A stretch of 64,000 bases of DNA from Bacteroidia bacterium (GCA_965216465.1 CBDCFW010000005.1:576001-640000); one strand, 5' to 3'. Positions 19,948 to 30,678 are shown, counted from the stretch's first letter. Translations and numbers: made by a program. Notes: a model not told the origin generated them from the sequence alone.

Positions 19948-22900
19948 ATGAAAAACAACTCTAACACTAGAATTTGGCTATTGCTATTACCATTCTTCTT
20001 TGGTCTTACTTCCATTTCCAAAGCCTCCAACAATTCCATTAATCCTCCTTTCACAAACTATTTAGATGACAATGGATTTATAGATCTAACGGGTCTTCAA
20101 TATAACGCAGATAGCATCTTTGAGCACTTAGAAGATTCTCTTGGCCTATCCAATGACTGCAATTTTGTAAAGTATAGAGACAACGACCTCAGTGATTCTA
20201 AATATGTCTTGTGGTATCTTGAGCAAGAACATAAAGGCATACCTATTGTTGGTGCCAGAATGATTATGAAAAGTGAGAAAAGTACAGGTTACGTTCTGTG
20301 GATTTATGGCGACTATCATTCAGGACTCAACTTAAATACTAATTCACCTTTTACCGACTCTGCCTACGTTGATTCTGCTCTGGCACATCTTGGTGATTCA
20401 GTTTATGCTTGGGAAGATTCGACTATGCAAGCCCTATTAATAGCGGCAACTGGAGATATAAATAGCACCTATTACCCAGCAGTAGAAAGCAAGTTCGATC
20501 TGGATAACAATATGCAATTAACATTCACAAAGAAGTTATATATCAAAAGTGCCTATCCAAGAAGATCTACTATTGTTACAATAGATGCTCAAACGGCTTC
20601 TATCGTCAGAACTTCCAGCGGCCAGGACGGGTGTAACGGCGATTCAAAACCAGCATCAGGTTTAACTCAGTCCAATGGAACACAGTCCTTTCTTGCAACA
20701 GAGTGTGACAATGGAGATTGGCACCTAATTGATCAATCTAGAAACATTACAACAACAAGAAGTGATGGGACTCACATAGATGACGATAATGGTTCCTGGG
20801 ACAACAATGCACAGAATAAGCTTGGGGTAAGCGCCCATTGGTGTTCCTCAAAAGCGCATGACTACTTTGCAACCAAACACTACTTTGCAAGAGGAGGAGA
20901 CTTACAAGTTCAAGTACCTAATACAAGTGGTGGAGATGCATATAGAGCTGCGTTCTACGAATATGGAGATTATATTGCTAGTGGCCAGGATATCATTTAT
21001 TATGGTTATTCTCAATACTCAAATGTATCGATAGCACTAACTGACCTTGCCGGCCACGAATATACACATTTGGTAATTGCCCACACAAGCGACTTAGGAG
21101 CAGACCGCCTTCCAGAAGGAAGAATGTTAAGTGAAGGTCTTTGTGATATTTTTGGCGTAATTATAAGGTCTTATGCAGAAAACCAATCGGTAAACTGGAA
21201 ATTTGCTCCTGCAGTTTCACTTGGAGTAAGAGATTTAAAAGATGGCGGACAAACTGGCTATTACGAAGGAAATACTTATAAGAAAATTGACATACCGACA
21301 TTATACCAAGATCAACTTTGGATTTCGAATGAGAACAACACTGCTTATCCTTCTAATACCGAGCCTTATTGGAAATCAGGTGTTTTAAGAAAGTGGTTTC
21401 AGTTACTATATGATGGTGGCATTCAAAATGGAATTAAAGTTGAATCTGTGGATGAAACAAAACTGATGAAACTCATGTACCACTTTCTAAAGTCACTCAC
21501 CAATAGTTCAGACTACCACGATGCCAGGGCAATCTCGGTAAGGACCGCAAGTGATCTATTTGGACCTTGTTCTTATGAGTTAAGACAAGTAAATAACTCA
21601 TGGGACGCTGTTAATGTTGCTATAAATTCTAACCAACAAGGATTGCCCAAATATTCTCCTGGATATGAAGACTATTCTTTTGTATTCAGTACAGGGCCAA
21701 CACATCTTATTACACAAGATCATAAAATCAATAGTCAAATAGTGGTCCCAAATGGGAGTACTCTGACTATTGACAACTGTACTGTATCTTTTGGCGATAG
21801 ATTGACAACAAACAACGACTTTAACATAGTAGTTGAACCAGGAGGTAGGCTAGTAATTAAAAATAGCACGCTGACTGCAATGCCAAATGAAGATGGACAA
21901 TGCAACCTTTGGGGAGGAATTCTAGTAAAAGGACTAGGGTCTGGAACAGACCAAGGGCATATTCTTACTTCAACTCAAGGTGTCATTGAAATTGAACATA
22001 GCATTATTGAATTTGCAAGACAAGGAGTGCAAGTAGGAAATACCGTTTCTAATGGAGGAGGAATTGCAGTAATTACAGGTTCACATTTCAACAACTGCAA
22101 AAGAGGAGTTCAATTCTTTGTTTATGAAGCTGGAACTTACCCAACTTCTAATTGGGGAAGGATTACATCAACCAACTTCTTAAATGACCAACCTATCAGT
22201 GGACATAGTCAACAAAACCTATATCACCACATTAGTCTTTTTGGTGTGCAAGGAATAAGAATTCACGGTAATAATTTTACAAACAACATATTGGATTACA
22301 CACTTCATACATACGACGCGAATAGAGGAATAGGCATTACTTCTTGGGATGCGTCATTTAATGTTGATAGAATAACCTTGCCTTCAGATTATGGAACCAA
22401 CTGTGCCTACCCATCTGGACCTAAAAATGTTTTTAAAGGTTTGTCAGTAGGAATTAATATTGATGGAACTGTTCTTCCAAGTGCGGAGAGAACTGTACAT
22501 GTCAGAAACTGTGAATTTATTGACAACTATATTCACATAGCTAATCATGGACAAGCCAATGCCACTGTTTGGAATAATAATTTTGACTGGACAAATGATA
22601 TGAACTTAGTCTACGCCCCCGGTGTAAGACTTCATGGAATTAGATCTTGGGATGCAGTTAAATTCACGTATGCCGACAACGAAATTAACTGCAGCAACGA
22701 CCAATTCTTTTATAAAGGGATGGTAATAAGAAACTCAGGTCATGCCGACCCTTCATTTGTAGGATCCAACCAATTTGAATTAAACCCATCAATCAAAAAC
22801 TCAGGTAGCATTCAAAACGAGTTCGATTACTTAGCTACAGACGTCTATGGAAGCAATAGCTCTCTTTATTTAAATTGTAATGAATACGATAATTTTATAG

Positions 22901-23811
22901 TAGACTGGCGAGTAAATTCAGATGATCTTCCAAACCAAGAAGGACAATTAGGTGGAATGTATGGTGCCGGAAATGATTTCAGCTCCCCCTGTAATACAAT
23001 TGGACTAATTGGACACAATAAATATCAAGTGGCAAACATTGGAAGTAATCCTTTAGACTACTACTACTCTACTTCTGCTCCTGCTTGCACATTGGGAGTC
23101 GTGACTACTACTCTCGGAACAAATGGTCTATTCCCAAATTGTCTAAACTCATCGTATATCGATCCAGATTCATACTACTGCGGAAGTAATAATTCAGGAG
23201 AACGAACTCGAGGACAAAAAGAAGATTTAAATTTCTTTGAAAATCTAAAGAATCTATCTGCTTTCGAGCAAGAATTCTATTCAATAGAGTTAAGTAACTT
23301 TTCCTCAAGCATAAAAAATGAAGCATCACTCAGCGAATGCGATAAACAGTTATTTAAACTTCTGAATAAAAATTTTAAACTTGGCAGATCCTATGCCAAT
23401 ATTCAAGACTCGATCGCATTAGAAATCTATAAATTGGCTAATAACGAGCAATGCGGAACAAACAACACTGCTTCGAGATTTTACAGACATTTTATTGGAT
23501 ATATAAATACAAATGAACACAACTACAGGATTGATCAAAGCTTTGCATCAAATAGTAGTGATTCGGAATTAAAGCAATCGGATATAATTCTTTATCCAAA
23601 CCCTTCTAGAAATATTGCAATTATTGAATCCAACAACAATTTAAGTCAAATAACAGTTTATAATTCTGTTGGAATTGAAGTTAAAAATATTGTGTTAGAT
23701 CCTAAGCAAAAAGTAGCTATCTCTACCACCGAATTGGCTCCAGGCATTTACATTCTGAAGATTCAGCTCGAGAATGGAAGCAGAAAAACAATTTCCGTAA
23801 TTAAACAGTGA
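19948..23811 (+). CDS. M4 (thermolysin-like) metallopeptidase with beta-helix region and type A T9SS CTD
   Basis: FTP/PepSY-like prodomain (QEHKGIPIVG, IDAQTASI), AGHEYTH, LSEGLCDIFG, WDAVNV, CTD LYPNPS...PGIYILKI. Confidence 0.85.
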   Translation: MKNNSNTRIWLLLLPFFFGLTSISKASNNSINPPFTNYLDDNGFIDLTGLQYNADSIFEHLEDSLGLSNDCNFVKYRDNDLSDSKYVLWYLEQEHKGIPIVGARMIMKSEKSTGYVLWIYGDYHSGLNLNTNSPFTDSAYVDSALAHLGDSVYAWEDSTMQALLIAATGDINSTYYPAVESKFDLDNNMQLTFTKKLYIKSAYPRRSTIVTIDAQTASIVRTSSGQDGCNGDSKPASGLTQSNGTQSFLATECDNGDWHLIDQSRNITTTRSDGTHIDDDNGSWDNNAQNKLGVSAHWCSSKAHDYFATKHYFARGGDLQVQVPNTSGGDAYRAAFYEYGDYIASGQDIIYYGYSQYSNVSIALTDLAGHEYTHLVIAHTSDLGADRLPEGRMLSEGLCDIFGVIIRSYAENQSVNWKFAPAVSLGVRDLKDGGQTGYYEGNTYKKIDIPTLYQDQLWISNENNTAYPSNTEPYWKSGVLRKWFQLLYDGGIQNGIKVESVDETKLMKLMYHFLKSLTNSSDYHDARAISVRTASDLFGPCSYELRQVNNSWDAVNVAINSNQQGLPKYSPGYEDYSFVFSTGPTHLITQDHKINSQIVVPNGSTLTIDNCTVSFGDRLTTNNDFNIVVEPGGRLVIKNSTLTAMPNEDGQCNLWGGILVKGLGSGTDQGHILTSTQGVIEIEHSIIEFARQGVQVGNTVSNGGGIAVITGSHFNNCKRGVQFFVYEAGTYPTSNWGRITSTNFLNDQPISGHSQQNLYHHISLFGVQGIRIHGNNFTNNILDYTLHTYDANRGIGITSWDASFNVDRITLPSDYGTNCAYPSGPKNVFKGLSVGINIDGTVLPSAERTVHVRNCEFIDNYIHIANHGQANATVWNNNFDWTNDMNLVYAPGVRLHGIRSWDAVKFTYADNEINCSNDQFFYKGMVIRNSGHADPSFVGSNQFELNPSIKNSGSIQNEFDYLATDVYGSNSSLYLNCNEYDNFIVDWRVNSDDLPNQEGQLGGMYGAGNDFSSPCNTIGLIGHNKYQVANIGSNPLDYYYSTSAPACTLGVVTTTLGTNGLFPNCLNSSYIDPDSYYCGSNNSGERTRGQKEDLNFFENLKNLSAFEQEFYSIELSNFSSSIKNEASLSECDKQLFKLLNKNFKLGRSYANIQDSIALEIYKLANNEQCGTNNTASRFYRHFIGYINTNEHNYRIDQSFASNSSDSELKQSDIILYPNPSRNIAIIESNNNLSQITVYNSVGIEVKNIVLDPKQKVAISTTELAPGIYILKIQLENGSRKTISVIKQ

Positions 23812-23817
23812 TACATT

Positions 23818-23872
23818 TTGATTTAGGAGTCTGCAATTTTCTTTCAAGTTTGACTGTAGACTCCTAAATCAA
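23818..23872 (+). terminator. Long stem-loop after the protease pair (terminator or stabiliser)
   Basis: TTGATTTAGGAGTCTGCA (23818-23835) pairs with TGTAGACTCCTAAATCAA (23855-23872); U-tract is weak. Confidence 0.6.
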
Positions 23873-24053
23873 TTTGAATGCAACGGAAATTTCAAAGTAT
23901 CAAGTTTAAAGGAGAATAAACAAGCATAATTAAGTCAAATCATTCTTTCCTGAGTTATTTAATCTCATATCAAAGAATTTAGATATTCCATAGAATTCCA
24001 GTCTCTCGCACAGATTGCCTAACTAGTATTGTAGCCGATTTAGCCAAAGAAGA

Positions 24054-24743
24054 ATGGACAAAAATCAGACAGAAGTTTATACAGCAAACGTATTAGGTGG
24101 TACAGGCTTGGTAGGCAGCCATCTAATTCAGGAGTTAATTAGAGACGATCAGTGTAAAAAGATTCACTTAATATCTCGTAGGTCAAATGAGATAAATCAT
24201 CCAAAGATCTCAGAACATCTGATTGACTTCACTAAGGAGCAAGACTATCTGAAGCACATCGCTGGGGATGTACTTTTCTCTTGCCTAGGAACTACAATAA
24301 GTCAAGCTGGATCTAAAGAAAACCAATATAGAGTTGATCATGACTACCAATTGTATGCAGCAAAAGCAGCAAAACAGAATGGTGTTAAGGCTTACATATT
24401 GATATCAAGTCCATTTGCCAAAATCAACTCTGATAACCACTATCGAAAAATGAAGGCAGAGCTAGAAGAAGCTGTTAAGAAGTTAGGATTCGATCGCACT
24501 GGAATTTTGCAACCTAATGGCTTGGCAGGAACCAGATTAGGGAGACGAAAATGGGAAAGCATCGCCACCGCATTCTTTACTCCAATTTTTAGTTTTATCC
24601 CAGGACTCAGAGAATATTCACCTATACATGCAAAGAAAGTAGCGGAAGCGGCGTTGAAGCTTTTTATTAGAATTGGTGAACACGCTCCACCTGTTATTCA
24701 ATTGTTAAAGCGTCGGGAGATCAATAGATTTCTGAAAGAGTAA
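24054..24743 (+). CDS. NAD(P)-binding atypical SDR (TIP30/YraR-like)
   Basis: LGGTGLVG, FSCLGTT, AGSKENQYRVDHDY. Confidence 0.85.
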   Translation: MDKNQTEVYTANVLGGTGLVGSHLIQELIRDDQCKKIHLISRRSNEINHPKISEHLIDFTKEQDYLKHIAGDVLFSCLGTTISQAGSKENQYRVDHDYQLYAAKAAKQNGVKAYILISSPFAKINSDNHYRKMKAELEEAVKKLGFDRTGILQPNGLAGTRLGRRKWESIATAFFTPIFSFIPGLREYSPIHAKKVAEAALKLFIRIGEHAPPVIQLLKRREINRFLKE

Positions 24744-24836
24744 CTAAGCCTATCTAATTGTTAAACTAGTTCTTTTGTGATGTAGTTTTCCCGTTTAATT
24801 TTAAAAATTGTTTATTTGATTTGTAAAAAGAAACCC

Positions 24837-25160
24837 ATGAAACGATTCTATCTCATCTTAAGCATTCTAGGATTTATTGCACCAACCATTCTGGTCTTAG
24901 TGGAATCGGTAGAAACAGGTAACATCATGCTTTATGGTCAACCCATGGTTACAATTGAGGCAATGTTTGCAAACCGAATATCTACAATCTTCATGATCGA
25001 TCTTCTTTTTGCAGTGCTTGTATTTTTTACATGGACCTACTTCGACAGTAAAAAACTGGGAATATCCTATGTTTGGCTCGTTTGGATTCTGACCATGTTA
25101 TTGGGACTAGCTGGAGGATTTCCGTTCTATCTCTACCTAAGAGCGAAGAATTCAGAATAA
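24837..25160 (+). CDS. DUF2834-like small membrane protein
   Basis: Three TM helices, FANRISTIFMIDLL, GLAGGFPFYLYLR; ATG 24837 preferred. Confidence 0.7.
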   Translation: MKRFYLILSILGFIAPTILVLVESVETGNIMLYGQPMVTIEAMFANRISTIFMIDLLFAVLVFFTWTYFDSKKLGISYVWLVWILTMLLGLAGGFPFYLYLRAKNSE

Positions 25161-25229
25161 ATAATTTGGAATGGTCATAGACCACAAAGTCTTATATGTT
25201 TATAGATGAAGCCACCAGTACAATATGAC

Positions 25230-25886
25230 TCAATACACTATTTCTAGTTTTTTAAAAGGTTCAAAACCTGTAATACCTTCAGCCTCTAACCTTTTCTTGA
25301 GCTTATCGGATACGATTGGGCATCTAATTATTCTAAATAACTCGAAGAAATCTTGGCCGTCATATTGTTCGTTAAATCTCATGGAGTCAAATAAAATACG
25401 CTTGTCTTCTTCAAAAGAAGATTCGACCATCTCGGTGAGATGTTCAGGACTTCTTATGACAACGTCATCGCGTTCGTCGCCTATTTCTTCTCGCTTATAA
25501 AACTTGGTGTTTGCATAATCAAACCAATTGTAATTTTCTCTTAGCACATACTGAAACCAGAAATACCTATCCTTTTCGACTTCGTCACTCCCCCGTTTTA
25601 AATATTCAAGTTCAAAGAATTTGTGTTCAGGAAGTTTATGTTCTTGAAGGATATCCTTCAGTTTTTTGGACACCACAAAACCCTCTCCACCTGTAGACCC
25701 CCCTTCTGTAACCGCATCGACTTCTGAAGACCCCCATTTTAGCCTGACCGTATTAAATATTGGCTCGTAATCGGTTATCTCAAATCTTGAGAGATCTTCG
25801 ACATTATCAACTAAATCATAAACAGGATTTTCAAGCTCTGCTTTATTGCCTTTGGTCTCTAGGTCTAATCTAAGTTCGTAAAACAT
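25230..25886 (-). CDS. Imm11/DUF1629-like putative immunity protein
   Basis: Acidic protein with duplicated FVVSKKLKDIL / IVSDKLKKRLEAEGITGF motif. Confidence 0.55.
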   Translation of the reverse strand: MFYELRLDLETKGNKAELENPVYDLVDNVEDLSRFEITDYEPIFNTVRLKWGSSEVDAVTEGGSTGGEGFVVSKKLKDILQEHKLPEHKFFELEYLKRGSDEVEKDRYFWFQYVLRENYNWFDYANTKFYKREEIGDERDDVVIRSPEHLTEMVESSFEEDKRILFDSMRFNEQYDGQDFFELFRIIRCPIVSDKLKKRLEAEGITGFEPFKKLEIVY

Positions 25887-25985
25887 GGTACTGTATTATT
25901 CAAAAAAAGCTTTGCCGGTTAAATGCACAAATCTCGCTCTAGTCTATATCATTCTGGTTTTCGTGTGCCTCCAGTAAAACGTAAG

Positions 25986-26429
25986 CTATATGTCATTCAC
26001 TGCACGCATCACATCAGTTTGAGTCAGGAGACCAATTAACTTCCCATCCTTTACCACAGGAAAACGTCTATATCTTCTTTCTAGAAAGTAATATGCTGCT
26101 TCCAGTATTCCCATGTTCGAATTGATGGTGATAACATCTTTGGTCATGTGATCTTTTACCTTTCCTAAAAGCTTAATATCGTTCTCATATCTACCCTTTA
26201 CAAGCTCTTTAAGACAGTCTCCTTCAGACAACACACCTAACAACTCATTGTTTTCTCCTAACACAGGAGCTCCAGAAATCTTATACTTCAATAAGGTTTG
26301 CATAGCCTCATATATGGATTGCTGTGGTTTAAATGAAATTAACTTTGTTGCCATATAATCGGAAACCAATTTCATTGGTTCTAACTTCTTTTCTTCTTTA
26401 AGCTCAACGCCTTTGTAACTCTTTACCAT
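25986..26429 (-). CDS. CBS domain pair protein
   Basis: VSDYMAT, ISGAPVL, LGVLSEGD, RRFPVV, GLLTQTDV. Confidence 0.9.
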   Translation of the reverse strand: MVKSYKGVELKEEKKLEPMKLVSDYMATKLISFKPQQSIYEAMQTLLKYKISGAPVLGENNELLGVLSEGDCLKELVKGRYENDIKLLGKVKDHMTKDVITINSNMGILEAAYYFLERRYRRFPVVKDGKLIGLLTQTDVMRAVNDI

Positions 26430-26588
26430 ACACTATTGTAATAAAAATTGAGGAATGCAGACAAGAAATGTTCTACTATCGTTTTTGCAATTTACAATAT
26501 TCTTAGGAGAACAACTACTTTAAAACAGTTATGATCGATATTAGAAGCCCATCAGTTATGAACTTAAAGGTTAGCTTTGTAACCACAC

Positions 26589-27839
26589 ATGACATTTGAA
26601 CAACTTGGCCTTGACCCAAGCATTCTGCGAGCATTAGACAAGCAAGGTTATAGTCAACCCACTCCAATTCAACAACGAGCAATCCCAATCCTCCTTAGAC
26701 GAAGAGATTTATTGGGCTGTGCGCAAACCGGCACAGGTAAAACAGCAGCATTTGCAGTACCAATCATTCAGCTTCTTAGGCTTGATAAAACAAACAAAGG
26801 CAAAAGGAAGATTCGAGCCCTGGTTGTTACGCCTACACGAGAGCTGGCTATTCAGATAGCCGATAGCTTCTCAGCATATGCGCAATTCACACAGCTGAGA
26901 ACCGCAGTAATATTTGGGGGTGTAAAACAAGGTAACCAAGTCAAAGAACTTCAAAGAGGAGTCGATATATTGGTTGCAACACCTGGAAGATTGTTAGATC
27001 TGATGGATCAGGGCTTCATTCACCTCAGAGACATTAACTATTTTGTGCTTGACGAAGCAGACCAAATGTTGGATATGGGCTTCATTCACGACATTAAGAA
27101 GCTCTTAACTCAGCTTCCAAAAGACCGACAATCGCTATTTTTTTCTGCTACGATGCCCACAGCAATTATAAATCTCTCCAAGAAGATTCTTGGCAAGTAC
27201 GAGAAAGTGACCATTGCACCAGAGCAATCCACTGCAGAAAGAGTGAGCCAAGCGGTTTATCATGTAAGTAAACCTAACAAAATAAAACTCCTTATTCATC
27301 TGTTGGAAGAAGAATATTACTTCACAACATTGGTCTTTTCGAGAACAAAATATGGTGCCGACAAGATTGTAGGCAAGCTAAAGCGGGCAGGTATTCATGC
27401 CGAAGCCATACACGGCAATAAATCCCAAAATGCTAGGCAGAGAACACTAAAAGCATTTAAAGAAGGTAAGACTCCTGTTTTGGTAGCAACCGATATTGCA
27501 GCAAGGGGTATTGATGTAGACGATCTGTCTCTTGTTGTCAATTTTAACCTTCCTAATGTAGCTGAAACTTATGTGCATCGCATCGGAAGAACTGGACGTG
27601 CAGAGGCAAGTGGAAAATCCATTTCTTTCTGTGATGTGGATGAAAGAACTGATCTCCTATCTATCCAGCGACTGATTAAGAAAGAAATCCCAGTGATAAA
27701 AGGACACCCCTATGAAATAGATGAACAAGACAAGTCTAAAATTCAGCACAAACCAACGAAAGACAAACGGCCATCAGGTTCCAAGAATCATAAAAAGAAT
27801 AGAAGACCCAGAAACAAAAAAAGAAATAGGAGACGTTAG
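26589..27839 (+). CDS. rhlE: DEAD-box RNA helicase (RhlE-like)
   Basis: Q motif, [30 protein letters not shown], basic tail; TAGCTTTG at 26572-26579. Confidence 0.9.
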   Translation: MTFEQLGLDPSILRALDKQGYSQPTPIQQRAIPILLRRRDLLGCAQTGTGKTAAFAVPIIQLLRLDKTNKGKRKIRALVVTPTRELAIQIADSFSAYAQFTQLRTAVIFGGVKQGNQVKELQRGVDILVATPGRLLDLMDQGFIHLRDINYFVLDEADQMLDMGFIHDIKKLLTQLPKDRQSLFFSATMPTAIINLSKKILGKYEKVTIAPEQSTAERVSQAVYHVSKPNKIKLLIHLLEEEYYFTTLVFSRTKYGADKIVGKLKRAGIHAEAIHGNKSQNARQRTLKAFKEGKTPVLVATDIAARGIDVDDLSLVVNFNLPNVAETYVHRIGRTGRAEASGKSISFCDVDERTDLLSIQRLIKKEIPVIKGHPYEIDEQDKSKIQHKPTKDKRPSGSKNHKKNRRPRNKKRNRRR

Positions 27840-27976
27840 TATGTCTCTATACCACGATACTACTTAAACAAGCTTGACCACACTGTTCTAGCAGAGTCGA
27901 TATTCGGCTAGAAATTCTTCAATTTAGAATAAGCTAATAAGCGTGTAGGCGACACATCACCTATTTTATTACATCA

Positions 27977-28264
27977 TCAAACTGGCTTGCAATTGCAGCG
28001 CTGAAATCGACCTTTATCGACATAAACATGGCAAGATTTTACATGTTTACCTTCTTTATACAACCGAACAGTCAAATGACTTTTATGATCACTTTGCGTT
28101 TTATGCGTAGCTGCAACGATCACAGCTCCACTCCTATCTCCAGGCATCTCAATAAAGGTCTGTACCTCTTTGCACTTGCCTACTATGTTCCTAGCAACTC
28201 TTTTTGAAATTCCTTCTCCTTCTGGAACTCTATTCCAGTTTCCACTAAAGTCAATGTATCCCAT
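27977..28264 (-). CDS. Hypothetical 95-aa basic His/Cys-containing protein
   Basis: ATG start, fills an intergenic gap, minus-strand TATCTTTG at 28270-28277. Confidence 0.6.
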   Translation of the reverse strand: MGYIDFSGNWNRVPEGEGISKRVARNIVGKCKEVQTFIEMPGDRSGAVIVAATHKTQSDHKSHLTVRLYKEGKHVKSCHVYVDKGRFQRCNCKPV

Positions 28265-28418
28265 GAAGCCAAAGATAACAAAATTTCATGAATTGCAGGA
28301 GGCCAGTCAATTTGCATCAAATCGACTTCCAGTTAATTTTTAACCTGGAACAAAAAGAAATATACACCGAAAAACCAAAGTATTACTAATTTGCAGTTCT
28401 TGATGTAAGAGAAACAAA

Positions 28419-28988
28419 ATGACTGAATTCTACAACTCAGAAGACAATGTAAATGAATATATCAAACTAGCCGAAGATGTATCTAGTGAAGAAATTATTA
28501 ATCAACTAAAACAGCATATTGCAAGCGGTGTTAAAGTGCTGGAATTGGGTTCGGGTCCTGGAACCGATTGGCAACTGTTGAACCAATCATTCAAGACAAC
28601 AGGCTCCGACCTTTCAAATGAGTTCCTAGCTCATCTCAAAAAAACTTATCCAGATGGTGAATTTCTACATTTAGATGCTGTAACCATTGATACACAGTAC
28701 AAATTTGACGCGATATATTCCAACAAGGTTCTGCACCATCTCAATGATACGGAATTAAAAAAGTCAATTCTTCGACAATCTCAGATTCTTCAACCTGGTG
28801 GTGTTGTATGCCACTCCTTTTGGAATGGAAAGGGAGATGAAATATTCAAAGGAATGTACGTCAACTACCACCTTCAAGAAGAACTTAAAACCTTGTTTCT
28901 TCCCCATTTCAATATACTCGAAACAAGATTGTATAAGGAGTTTGAAGAAGATGACTCGGTCTTCATTATTGCAAAACTCAGGGTGTAG
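28419..28988 (+). CDS. Class I SAM-dependent methyltransferase
   Basis: VLELGSGPG, FDAIYSNKVLHH, LQPGG. Confidence 0.9.
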   Translation: MTEFYNSEDNVNEYIKLAEDVSSEEIINQLKQHIASGVKVLELGSGPGTDWQLLNQSFKTTGSDLSNEFLAHLKKTYPDGEFLHLDAVTIDTQYKFDAIYSNKVLHHLNDTELKKSILRQSQILQPGGVVCHSFWNGKGDEIFKGMYVNYHLQEELKTLFLPHFNILETRLYKEFEEDDSVFIIAKLRV

Positions 28989-29195
28989 ACAGCTTCATCA
29001 ACCTCATTTTTTTTCAAATTTTAACCTATCCCCTTCGCCATGACAATTTTTTTCTCTCTATAAGGATTCGCACTAGACCATCTAGAAAAATAAAAGTCAT
29101 GAAAATCAATTTCTGGAAGTAACCGCTAACACTTTGAATTCTGGTCTAAAACGGAACTATTCGACATTTATTTAACTAGTTGCCTTCAATTTATT

Positions 29196-29239
29196 TACAT
29201 TTTGTTTAATCTTTTTTATAAAACTTTAAACAAAATGTA
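29196..29239. promoter_or_regulatory. Perfect 14-bp inverted repeat upstream of the fasciclin gene (probable operator)
   Basis: TACATTTTGTTTAA (29196-29209), 16-nt spacer, TTAAACAAAATGTA (29226-29239). Confidence 0.6.
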
Positions 29240-29274
29240 GATTTTATGGTTTATTGATTAAGTAATTTATAATC

Positions 29275-29871
29275 ATGAAGAAAAAATCCAACCTTATTTT
29301 GACTTTGGTACTAGGTGCCACGGTTATGTTCAGTGCCTCATGCCAAAAAGAATCAATGAGTCCAATCTCTCAGGCCCAATCACCAACTATTGAGCTAGGA
29401 GATGATGCTGTTATGAGCACAAAGAAAGGCAGCCAATCTATCGCTGAAATAGCTATCGACAATAACTTCGATGAGCTTGTTGCTGCATTATCTTATGTAG
29501 ACTCTGCAGAAGGAACAACACTTGTTAACATGTTTCTTAATGGAACAGATCAATATACTGTATTTGCTCCGACAGATGCGGCTTTTAACAATCTATACAG
29601 TGCCTTAGGAGTCTCTGAAATTACTGATATCGATTCTGATGTAGTACTTGATGTGCTTCTTTATCACGTTACCGATGGCAGAAGAAGTTCGAACAGTGTA
29701 GTTCCTAAAAAGAAAAGCAGATCAATAACAACTTTATTGAACGAAAGCTTTGATGTGAATTCAGATTTGAGTATTGATGCTATTGGCAACTCAGCTAACA
29801 TCACAGCTGCAAACATTTCAGCTTCTAATGGTATTATTCATGTAATTGACACCGTAATTCTTCCATTCTAA
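29275..29871 (+). CDS. Fasciclin (FAS1) domain lipoprotein
   Basis: Lipobox SASC, YTVFAPTDAAF, VLLYHV, ASNGIIHVIDTVILP. Confidence 0.92.
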   Translation: MKKKSNLILTLVLGATVMFSASCQKESMSPISQAQSPTIELGDDAVMSTKKGSQSIAEIAIDNNFDELVAALSYVDSAEGTTLVNMFLNGTDQYTVFAPTDAAFNNLYSALGVSEITDIDSDVVLDVLLYHVTDGRRSSNSVVPKKKSRSITTLLNESFDVNSDLSIDAIGNSANITAANISASNGIIHVIDTVILPF

Positions 29872-29910
29872 ACATAATTTAGCTTTTATCATATAAACCT
29901 CTTAGAGGTT

Positions 29911-29948
29911 AAATGGCCCCCATACGTTTCAAGTTTGGGGGCTGTTTT
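29911..29948 (+). terminator. Rho-independent terminator
   Basis: AAATGGCCCCCA...TGGGGGCTGTTTT hairpin after the fasciclin stop. Confidence 0.6.
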
Positions 29949-30009
29949 GCTTCTAAGACAAATCTACATTTGTAAAATAACGGGTTGTCTTAGTACTTTA
30001 GGAAGCAAG

Positions 30010-30591
30010 CTATTGTGCTTCTGAATATGATTTCAATCCCTCTAGTGCTGAGCTCCATGTTTTGTCAACATTTTTCTTCACCGCATTTTTCATTAGGTTG
30101 GCTAATCCTCTAGTTTTGTATCCACCGCGTACTACTACTTTAGTTGTGGAATCGTTGATTTGTTCAAGGTATATAACTTCCGTAATAGTTTCAAGTAAAC
30201 CTGAATTTGACTCGAGCATGGTAAAGCCCCACTTAACCTCTTTCTCGTAAGCAATCATCTCTTCATAATACTTATTAGAGTTTAACTGAGCCAGACGCTT
30301 TGAACCAACGCCTTTTTCAGTTTCTACTTCCATTTTAGCCCATTTAACCCCTGGAAACCAATTTGGATAGCCAGGGCTATCATCTATTATGTTCCAAACC
30401 GTAGATAAACTAGCATTTATAGTAATACTTTTAGAGAACTGAATTGCTGCTGAGTCAAGATAATCTTCTCCTTGAGGAGTCATCTTTTTTTTGTAATGAA
30501 TCTTTTGCATCTTGTGATTAGATAAATTGGGTTGTTCTGATCTACCAAACAGACCAAGAGCAACAATGATGATGTAACTTATAATTTTCAT
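30010..30591 (-). CDS. SRPBCC/polyketide cyclase-like protein, probably exported
   Basis: SITINASLSTVWNII...YPNWFPGV, GVGSKR, C-terminal helix ALEGLKSYSE. Confidence 0.8.
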   Translation of the reverse strand: MKIISYIIIVALGLFGRSEQPNLSNHKMQKIHYKKKMTPQGEDYLDSAAIQFSKSITINASLSTVWNIIDDSPGYPNWFPGVKWAKMEVETEKGVGSKRLAQLNSNKYYEEMIAYEKEVKWGFTMLESNSGLLETITEVIYLEQINDSTTKVVVRGGYKTRGLANLMKNAVKKNVDKTWSSALEGLKSYSEAQ

Positions 30592-30678
30592 GTTATGATC
30601 TTTTGTTAGGCAAATAGACCACTTATTAAGAACTCCGTTTTGTACGATTTACGGAATTGCTTATACAAATTGCAGACG

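Noticed and set aside
20861-20890. 12-bp direct repeat ACTACTTTGCAA inside the M4 gene
   Set aside because: Two in-frame copies (YFA..YFA) with no evident significance.
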